Assembly: GCA_002189035.1 (NCBI GenBank)
Contig: NEEC01000107.1
Coordinates: forward strand, 72,258-136,257
Reading direction: 5' to 3'
Source of the DNA: Utricularia gibba
Taxonomy: Eukaryota > Plantae > Magnoliophyta
DNA length: 64,000 bases
Shown: one piece after another, positions 1 through 9,600 of the stretch
Numbering within the stretch: position 1 is the stretch's first letter
Layout of the letters: each line of letters opens with the position of its first letter
The notes under the pieces: generated by a model
What the model was told of the DNA's origin: nothing
Seen by the model: only the letters and a program-made list of their open reading frames with translations
Database searches by the model: none
Translations under genes and position numbers: made by a program

Positions 1-14
1 CCCGATTGGGCTCA

Positions 15-25
15 GGAGTCGAACC
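15..25 (-). promoter_or_regulatory. Pol III B-box-like motif GGTTCGACTCC (representative copy; present in most monomers)
   Basis: The reverse complement of ggagtcgaacc is GGTTCGACTCC, matching the tRNA-type B-box consensus GGTTCGANNCC. No convincing A-box. Function is not demonstrated. Confidence 0.35.
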
Positions 26-77
26 GAACCTTGGGTCCGGATGAACTTCCCAACGAAAGCACCCACCCAAAAACGAC

Positions 78-231
78 AAGCTTTTCCTTCAGAAACCATG
101 TAGGCAGCTGCCGAAAACCCAACGTTAATAAATGGATCACTTTTTTGCCGGGCTACAAATGACTATGGGCCGAGCCCGACCCGACCTCCGGCCCGATCCT
201 GGTGCCCCTCGAGAGCGCCTCCTCAAATATA
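78..231 (+). repeat. Sub-repeat half A (~154-156 bp) of the dimeric monomer
   Basis: Begins at aagctt 78. Segment 94-146 aligns ungapped to 246-298 at 37/53 identities (hand count). Confidence 0.88.
103..112. other. Perfect 10-bp palindrome GGCAGCTGCC in each monomer
   Basis: Read directly; it is its own reverse complement. Confidence 0.9.
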
Positions 232-384
232 AAGCTTGTGGAGAAAACCATTTGGGGTGCTCATGACATCCTAACTTCAAAAAATGCATCACGATTTTCG
301 TCGAATAGGACCCATTGGGCTCAGGAGTCGAACGAACCTTGGGTCCGGATGAACTTCCAACGAAAGCACCCACCCAAAAACGAC
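232..384 (+). repeat. Sub-repeat half B (~153-159 bp) of the dimeric monomer
   Basis: Begins at the second aagctt (232) and ends before the next half-A aagctt (385). 49-63 (cccaacgaaagcacc) versus 205-219 (cccctcgagagcgcc) match at 11/15. Confidence 0.88.
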
Positions 385-604
385 AAGCTTTTCCTTCAGA
401 AACAATGTAGGCAGCTGCCGAAAACCCAACGTTAATAAATGGATCACTTTTTTTGCCGGGCTACAATGACTATGGGCCCGAGCCGACCCGACCTCCGGCC
501 CGATCCTGTGCCCCTCGAGAGCGCCTCCTCAAATATAAAGCTTGTGGACAAGAAAACCATTTGGGGTGCTCATGACATCCTAACTTCAAAAATGCATCAC
601 GATT

Positions 605-663
605 TTCGTCGAATAGGACCCGATTGGGCTCAGGAGTCGAACCGAACCTTGGGTCCGGACGAA
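605..663. other. Imperfect inverted repeat / predicted hairpin (representative copy)
   Basis: ttcgtc 605-610 pairs with gacgaa 658-663, and ggacccga 616-623 pairs with ttgggtcc 649-656 (one G-T). The loop 624-648 is 25 nt. Confidence 0.5.
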
Positions 664-3600
664 TTTCCCAACAAAGCACCCACCCAAAAACGACAAGCTT
701 TTCCTTCAGAAACCATGTAGGCAGCTGCCGAAAACCCAACGTTAATAAATGGATCACTTTTTTTGCCGGGCTACAAATGACTATGGGCCGAGCCCGACCG
801 ACCTCCGGCCCGATCCTGGTGCCCCTCGAGAGCGCCTCCTCAAATATAAAGCTTGTGGATGAGAAAACCATTTGGGGTGCTCATGACATCCTAACTTCAA
901 AAAATGCATCACGATTTTCGTCGAATAGGACCCGATTGGGCTCAGGAGTCGAACCGAACCTTGGGTCCGGATGAACTTCCCAACGAAAGCACCCACCCAA
1001 AAACGACAAGCTTTTCCTTCAGAAACCATGTAGGCAGCTGCCGAAAACCCAACGTTAATAAATGGATCACTTTTTTGCCGGGCTACAAATGACTATGGGC
1101 CCGAGCCCGACCCGACCTCCGGCCCGATCCTGTGCCCCTCGAGAGCGCCTCCTCAAATATAAAGCTTGTGGAAAGAAAACCATTTGGGGTGCTCATGACA
1201 TCCTAACTTCAAAAAATGCATCACGATTTTCGTCGAATAGGACCCGATTGGGCTCAGGAGTCGAACCGAACCTTGGGTCCGGATGAATTCCCAACAAAAG
1301 CACCCACCCAAAAACGACAAGCTTTTCCTTCAGAAACCATGTAGGCAGCTGCCGAAACCCAACGTTAATAAATGGATCACTTTTTTTGCCGGGCTACAAA
1401 TGACTATGGCCCGAGCCGACCTCGGCCCGATCCTGTGCCCCTCGAGAGCGCCTCCTCAAATATAAAGCTTGTGGTTGAGAAAACCATTTGGGGTGCTCAT
1501 GACATCCTAACTTCAAAAAATGCATCACGATTTTCGTCGAATAGGACCCGATTGGGCTCAGGAGTCGAACCGAACCTTGGTCCGGACGAATTTCCAACGA
1601 AAGCACCCACCAAAAACGACAAGCTTTTCCTTCAGAAACCATGTAGGCAGCTGCCGAAAACCCAACGTTAATAAATGGATCACTTTTTTTGCCGGGCTAC
1701 AAATGACTATGGGCCCGAGCCCGACCGACCTCCGGCCCGATCCTGGTGCCCCTCGAGAGCGCCTCCTCAAATATAAAGCTTGTGGAGAAAACCATTTGGG
1801 GTGCTCATGACATCCTAACTTCAAAAAAATGCATCACGATTTTCGTCGAATAGGACCCATTGGGCTCAGGAGTCGAACGAACCTTGGGTCCGGATGAACT
1901 TCCCAACGAAAGCACCCACCCAAAAACGACAAGCTTTTCCTTCAGAAACCATGTAGGCAGCTGCCGAAAACCCAACGTTAATAAATGGATCACTTTTTGC
2001 CGGGCTACAAATGACTATGGGCCGAGCCCGACCCGACCTCCGGCCATCCTGGTGCCCCTCGAGAGCGCCTCCTCAAATATAAAGCTTGTGGAGAAAACCA
2101 TTTGGGGTGCTCATGACATCCTAACTTCAAAAATGCATCACGATTTTCGTCGAATAGGACCCGATTGGGCTCAGGAGTCGAACCGAACCTTGGGTCCGGA
2201 TGAACTTCCCAACGAAAGCACCCACCCAAAAACGACAAGCTTTTCCTTCAGAAACAATGTAGGCAGCTGCCGAAAACCCAACGTTAATAAATGGATCACT
2301 TTTTTTGCCGGGCTACAAATGACTATGGGCCGAGCGACCCGACCTCCGGCCCGATCCTGTGCCCCTCGAGCGCCTCCTCAAATAAAAGCTTGTGGAGAAA
2401 ACCATTTGGGGTGCTCATGACATCCTAACTTCAAAAAATGCATCACGATTTTCGTCGAATAGGACCGATTGGGCTCAGGAGTCGAACCGAACCTTGGGTC
2501 CGGACGAACCCAAAGCACCCACCCAAAAAACGACAAGCTTTTCCTTCAGAAAACCATGTAGGCAGCTGCCGAAAACCCAACGTTAATAAATGGATCACTT
2601 TTTTGCCGGGCTACAAATGACTATGGGCCCGAGCCCGACCCGACCTCCGGCCCGATCCTGGTGCCCCTCGAGAGCGCCTCCTCAAATAAAAGCTTGTGGA
2701 CAAGAAAACCATTTGGGGTGCTCATGACATCCTAACTTCAAAAAATGCATCACGATTTTCGTCGAATAGGACCCGATTGGGCTCAGGAGTCGAACCGAAC
2801 CTTGGGTCCGGATGAACTTCCCAACGAAAGCACCCACCCAAAAACGACAAGCTTTTCCTTCAGAAACCATGTAGGCAGCTGCCGAAAACCCAACGTTAAT
2901 AAATGGATCACTTTTTTGCCGGGCTACAAATGACTGGGCCGAGCGACCGACCTCCGGCCCGATCCTTGCCCCTCGAGAGCGCCTCCTCAAATAAAAGCTT
3001 GTGGACAAGAAAACCATTTGGGGTGCTCATGACATCCTAACTTCAAAAATGCATCACGATTTTCGTCGAATAGGACCCGATTGGGCTCAGGAGTCGAACC
3101 GAACCTTGGGTCCGGACGAATTCCAACAAAAGCACCCCCCAAAAACGACAAGCTTTTCCTTCAGAAACCATGTAGGCAGCTGCCGAAAACCCAACGTTAA
3201 TAAATGGATCACTTTTTTTGCCGGGCTACAAATGACTATGGGCCCGAGCCGACCGACCTCCGGCCCGATCCTGTGCCCTCGAGAGCGCCTCCTCAAATAA
3301 AAGCTGTGGTTGAGAAAACCATTTGGGGTGCTCATGACATCCTAACTTCAAAAAATGCATCACGATTTTCGTCGAATAGGACCCGATTGGGCTCAGGAGT
3401 CGAACCGAACCTTGGGTCCGGACGAACTTCCAACAAAGCACCCACCCAAAAACGACAAGCTTTTCCTTCAGAAACCATGTAGGCAGCTGCCGAAAACCCA
3501 ACGTTAATAAATGGATCACTTTTTTGCCGGGCTACAAATGACTATGGGCCGAGCCCGACCGACCTCCGGCCCGATCCTGTGCCCCTCGAGAGCGCCTCCT

Positions 3601-6600
3601 CAAATATAAAGCTTGTGGATGAGAAAACCATTTGGGGTGCTCATGACATCCTAACTTCAAAAATGCATCACGATTTTCGTCGAATAGGACCCGATTGGGC
3701 TCAGGAGTCGAACCGAACCTTGGGTCCGGATGAACTTCCCAACGAAAGCACCCACCCAAAAACGACAAGCTTTTCCTTCAGAAACCATGTAGGCAGCTGC
3801 CGAAAACCCAACGTTAATAAATGGATCACTTTTTTTGCCGGGCTACAAATGACTATGGGCCGAGCGACCGACCTCCGGCCCGATCCTAGTGCCCCTCGAG
3901 AGCGCCTCCTCAAATATAAAGCTTGTGGAGAAAACCATTTGGGGTGCTCATGACATCCTAACTTCAAAAAATGCATCACGATTTTCGTCGAATAGGACCC
4001 GATTGGGCTCAGGAGTCGAACCGAACCTTGGGTCCGGACGAATTCCCAACAAAGCACCCACCCAAAAACGACAAGCTTTTCCTTCAGAAACCATGTAGGC
4101 AGCTGCCGAAAACCCAACGTTAATAAATGGATCACTTTTTTTGCCGGGCTACAAATGACTATGGGCCGAGCCCGACCCGACCTCCGGCCCGATCCTGGTG
4201 CCCCTCGAGAGCGCCTCCTCAAATATAAAGCTTGTGGATGAGAAAACCATTTGGGGTGCTCATGACATCCTAACTTCAAAAATGCAACGATTTTCGTCGA
4301 ATAGGACCCGATTGGGCTCAGGAGTCGAACCGAACCTTGGGTCCGGACGAATTTCCCAACAAAAGCACCCACCCAAAAACGACAAGCTTTTCCTTCAGAA
4401 ACCATGTAGGCAGCTGCCGAAAACCCAACGTTAATAAATGGATCACTTTTTTGCCGGGCTACAAATGACTATGGGCCGAGCCCGACCCGACCTCCGCCCG
4501 ATCCTGGTGCCCCTCGAGAGCGCCTCCTCAAATATAAAGCTTGTGGACAGAAAACCATTTGGGGTGCTCATGACATCCTAACTTCAAAAAATGCATCACG
4601 ATTTTCGTCGAATAGGACCCGATTGGGCTCAGGAGTCGAACGAACCTTGGGTCGGATGAACTTCCCAACGAAAGCACCCACCAAAAACGACAAGCTTTTC
4701 CTTCAGAAACCATGTAGGCAGCTGCCGAAAACCCAACGTTAATAAATGGATCACTTTTTTGCCGGGCTACAAATGACTATGGGCCCGAGCGACCCGACCT
4801 CCGGCCCGATCCTGTGCCCCTCGAGAGCGCCTCCTCAAATATAAAGCTTGTGGAGAAAACCATTTGGGGTGCTCATGACATCCTAACTTCAATAAATGCA
4901 TCACGATTTTCGTCGAATAGGACCCGATTGGGCTCAGGAGTCGAACCGAACCTTGGGTCCGGATGAATTCCAACAAAAGCACCCACCAAAAACGACAAGC
5001 TTTTCCTTCAGAAACCATGTAGGCAGCTGCCGAAAACCCAACGTTAATAAATGGATCACTTTTTTTGCCGGGCTACAAATGACTATGGGCCCGAGCGACC
5101 GACCTCCGGCCGATCCTGTGCCCCTCGAGAGCGCCTCCTCAAATATAAAGCTTGTGGGAGAAAACCATTTGGGGTGCTCATGACATCCTAACTTCAAAAA
5201 ATGCATCACGATTTTCGTCGAATAGGACCCGATTGGGCTCAGGAGTCGAACCGAACCTTGGGTCCGGACGAACTCCCAACAAAGCACCCACCCAAAAACG
5301 ACAAGCTTTTCCTTCAGAAACCATGTAGGCAGCTGCCGAAAACCCAACGTTAATAAATGGATCACTTTTTTGCCGGGCTACAAATGACTATGGGCCCGAG
5401 CCCGACCCGACCTCCGGCCCGATCCTGGTGCCCCTCGAGAGCGCCTCCTCAAATATAAAGCTTGTGGATGAGAAAACCATTTGGGGTGCTCATGACATCC
5501 TAACTTCAAAAAATGCATCACGATTTTCGTCGAATAGGACCCGATTGGGCTCAGGAGTCGAACCGAACCTTGGGTCCGGATGAACTTCCCAACGAAAGCA
5601 CCCACCCAAAAACGACAAGCTTTTCCTTCAGAAACCATGTAGGCAGCTGCCGAAAACCCAACGTTAATAAATGGATCACTTTTTTGCCGGGCTACAAATG
5701 ACTATGGGCCCGAGCCCGACCCGACTCCGGCCCGATCCTGGTGCCCCTCGAGAGCGCCTCCTCAATATAAAGCTTGTGGATGAGAAAACCATTTGGGGTG
5801 CTCATGACATCCTAACTTCAATAAATGCATCACGATTTTCGTCGAATAGGACCCGATTGGGCTCAGGAGTCGAACCGAACCTTGGGTCCGGACGAACTTC
5901 CAACAAAGCACCCACCCAAAAACGACAAGCTTTTCCTTCAGAAACCATGTAGGCAGCTGCCGAAAACCCAACGTTAATAAATGGATCACTTTTTTGCCGG
6001 GCTACAAATGACTATGGGCCCGAGCCCGACCCGACCTCCGGCCCGATCCTGGTGCCCCTCGAGAGCGCCTCCTCAAATATAAAGCTTGTGGAGAAAACCA
6101 TTTGGGGTGCTCATGACATCCTAACTTCAAAAAATGCATCACGATTTTCGTCGAATAGGACCCATTGGGCTCAGGAGTCGAACCGAACCTTGGGTCCGGA
6201 TGAACTTCCCAACGAAAGCACCCACCCAAAAACGACAAGCTTTTCCTTCAGAAACAATGTAGGCAGCTGCCGAAAACCCAACGTTAATAAATGGATCACT
6301 TTTTTGCCGGGCTACAAATGACTATGGGCCCGAGCCCGACCGACCTCCGGCCGATCCTGTGCCCCTCGAGAGCGCCTCCTCAAATATAAAGCTTGTGGAT
6401 GAGAAAACCATTTGGGGTGCTCATGACATCCTAACTTCAAAAAATGCATCACGATTTTCGTCGAATAGGACCCATTGGGCTCAGGAGTCGAACCGAACCT
6501 TGGGTCCGGATGAACTTCCCAACAAAAAGCACCCACCCAAAAACGACAAGCTTTTCCTTCAGAAACCATGTAGGCAGCTGCCGAAAACCCAACGTTAATA

Positions 6601-9600
6601 AATGGATCACTTTTTTTGCCGGGCTACAAATGACTATGGGCCCGAGCCCGACCGACCTCCGGCCCGATCCTGTGCCCCTCGAGAGCGCCTCCTCAAATAA
6701 AAGCTTGTGGTTGAGAAAACCATTTGGGGTGCTCATGACATCCTAACTTCAAAAAATGCATCACGATTTTCGTCGAATAGGACCCGATTGGGCTCAGGAG
6801 TCGAACCGAACCTTGGGTCCGGACGAATTCCAACAAAGCACCCACCCAAAAACGACAAGCTTTTCCTTCAAAAATGTAGGCAGCTGCCGAAAACCCAACG
6901 TTAATAAATGGATCACTTTTTTGCCGGGCTACAAATGACTATGGGCCGAGCCCGACCCGACCTCCGGCCCGATCCTGGTGCCCCTCGAGAGCGCCTCCTC
7001 AAATATAAAGCTTGTGGAAAGAAAACCATTTGGGGTGCTCATGACATCCTAACTTCAAAAATGCATCACGATTTTCGTCGAATAGGACCCGATTGGGCTC
7101 AGGAGTCGAACAGAACCTTGGGTCCGGATGAACTTCCCAACGAAAGCACCCACCCAAAAACGACAAGCTTTTCCTTCAGAAACCATGTAGGCAGCTGCCG
7201 AAAACCCAACGTTAATAAATGGATCACTTTTTGCCGGGCTACAAATGACTATGGGCCCGAGCCCGACCGACCTCCGGCCCGATCCTAGTGCCCCTCGAGA
7301 GCGCCTCCTCAAATATAAAGCTTGTGGAGAAAACCATTTGGGGTGCTCATGACATCCTAACTTCAAAAATGCATCACGATTTTCGTCGAATAGGACCCGA
7401 TTGGGCTCAGGAGTCGAACCGAACCTTGGGTCCGGATGAATTCCCAACGCACCCCCCAAAAACGACAAGCTTTTCCTTCAGAAACATGTAGGCAGCTGCC
7501 GAAAACCCAACGTTAATAAATGGATCACTTTTTTTGCCGGGCTACAAATGACTATGGGCCGAGCGAGACCTCCGGCCCGATCCTAGTGCCCCTCGAGAGC
7601 GCCTCCTCAAATATAAAGCTTGTGGTTGAGAAAACCATTTGGGGTGCTCATGACATCCTAACTTCAAAAAATGCATCACGATTTTCGTCGAATAGGACCC
7701 GATTGGGCTCAGGAGTCGAACCGAACCTTGGGTCCGGACGAACTTCCCAACAAAGCACCCACCCAAAAACGACAAGCTTTTCCTTCAGAAACCATGTAGG
7801 CAGCTGCCGAAAACCCAACGTTAATAAATGGATCACTTTTTTGCCGGGCTACAAATGACTATGGGCCCGAGCCCGACCCGACCTCCGGCCCGATCCTGGT
7901 GCCCCTCGAGAGCGCCTCCTCAAATATAAAGCTTGTGGAGAAAACCATTTGGGGTGCTCATGACATCCTAACTTCAAAAAATGCATCACGATTTTCGTCG
8001 AATAGGACCCGATTGGGCTCAGGAGTCGAACCGAACCTTGGGTCCGGATGAACTTCCCAACGAAAGCACCCACCAAAAACGACAAGCTTTTCCTTCAGAA
8101 ACAATGTAGGCAGCTGCCGAAAACCCAACGTTAATAAATGGATCATTTTTTTGCCGGGCTACAAATGACTATGGGCCCGAGCCCGACCGACCTCCGGCCC
8201 GATCCTGGTGCCCCTCGAGAGCGCCTCCTCAAATATAAAGCTTGTGGAGAGAAAACCATTTGGGGTGCTCATGACATCCTAACTTCAATAAATGCATCAC
8301 GATTTTCGTCGAATAGGACCCGATTGGGCTCAGGAGTCGAACCGAACCTTGGGTCCGGAACTTCCCAACAAAGCACCCACCAAAAACGACAAGCTTTTCC
8401 TTCAGAACCATGTAGGCAGCTGCCGAAAACCCAACGTTAATAAATGGATCACTTTTTTGCCGGGCTACAAATGACTATGGGCCGAGCCCGACCGACCTCC
8501 GGCCCGATCCTGGTGCCCCTCGAGCGCCTCCTCAAATATAAAGCTTGTGGAAAGAAACCATTTGGGGTGCTCATGACATCCTAACTTCAAAAATGCATCA
8601 CGATTTTCGTCGAATAGGACCCGATTGGGCTCAGGAGTCGAAGAACCTTGGGTCCGGACGAACTTCCCAACGAAAGCACCACCCAAAAACGACAAGCTTT
8701 TCCTTCAGAAACAATGTAGGCAGCTGCCGAAAACCCAACGTTAATAAATGGATCACTTTTTTTGCCGGGCTACAAATGACTATGGGCCCGAGCCCGACCG
8801 ACCTCCGGCCCGATCCTGTGCCCCTCGAGAGCGCCTCCTCAAATATAAAGCTTGTGGATGAGAAAACCATTTGGGGTGCTCATGACATCCTAACTTCAAA
8901 AAATGCATCACGATTTTCGTCGAATAGGACCCGATTGGGCTCAGGAGTCGAACCGAACCTTGGGTCCGGACGAATTCCCAACGAAAGCACCCACCAAAAA
9001 CGACAAGCTTTTCCTTCAGAAACCATGTAGGCAGCTGCCGAAAACCCAACGTTAATAAATGGATCACTTTTTTTGCCGGGCTACAAATGACTATGGGCCC
9101 GAGCCGACCGACCTCCGGCCCGATCCTGTGCCCCTCGAGAGCCTCCTCAAATAAAAAAGCTGTGGTTGAGAAAACCATTTGGGGTGCTCATGACATCCTA
9201 ACTTCAAAAATGCATCACGATTTTCGTCGAATAGGACCCGATTGGGCTCAGGAGTCGAACCGAACCTTGGGTCCGGACGAACTTCCAACAAAGCACCCAC
9301 CCAAAAACGACAAGCTTTTCCTTCAGAAACCATGTAGGCAGCTGCCGAAAACCCAACGTTAATAAATGGATCACTTTTTTTGCCGGGCTACAAATGACTA
9401 TGGGCCGAGCCCGACCGACCTCCGGCCCGATCCTGGTGCCCTCGAGAGCGCCTCCTCAAATATAAAGCTTGTGGATGAGAAAACCATTTGGGGTGCTCAT
9501 GACATCCTAACTTCAAAAATGCATCACGATTTTCGTCGAATAGGACCCGATTGGGCTCAGGAGTCGAACCGAACCTTGGGTCCGGATGAACTTCCCAACG

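Larger units (their letters stand above)
1..310 (+). repeat. Representative monomer (310 bp with short alleles; 315 bp with 7T, gggccc and 3-bp slot alleles)
   Basis: cccgattggg at base 1 recurs as ccc(g)attggg at 311. It contains HindIII x2 (78, 232), PvuII (105), AclI (121), XhoI (208), BspHI (261), NsiI (284) and BspEI (36). Confidence 0.97.

Noticed and set aside
1-75. Intact tRNA gene on the minus strand around the B-box
   Set aside because: The T-arm is only partly paired (ttcgg/cctga). A possible acceptor pairing (tttgggt/gcccaat) is ~5 nt out of register, there is no credible D or anticodon arm, and A14 and G18-G19 are missing.
36-289. High density of 6-bp palindromes / restriction sites (8-9 per unit)
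   Set aside because: About 5 are expected by chance in 310 bp, so the excess is too mild to claim.
1-310. 5S rDNA tandem unit (similar unit length)
   Set aside because: No 5S coding sequence (e.g. GGATGCGATCATACCAGC or GTACTAGGATGGGTGACC-like motifs) is recognisable on either strand.
1-310. Hammerhead-ribozyme satellite (newt Sat2 / Schistosoma Sm-alpha type)
   Set aside because: No CUGANGA core was found on either strand of the consensus.
1-310. CENP-B box
   Set aside because: I checked each TTCG on both strands; none fits TTCGNNNNANNCGGG.
1-310. Assignment to a named satellite family or species
   Set aside because: I do not recognise the sequence with confidence; a database search is required.
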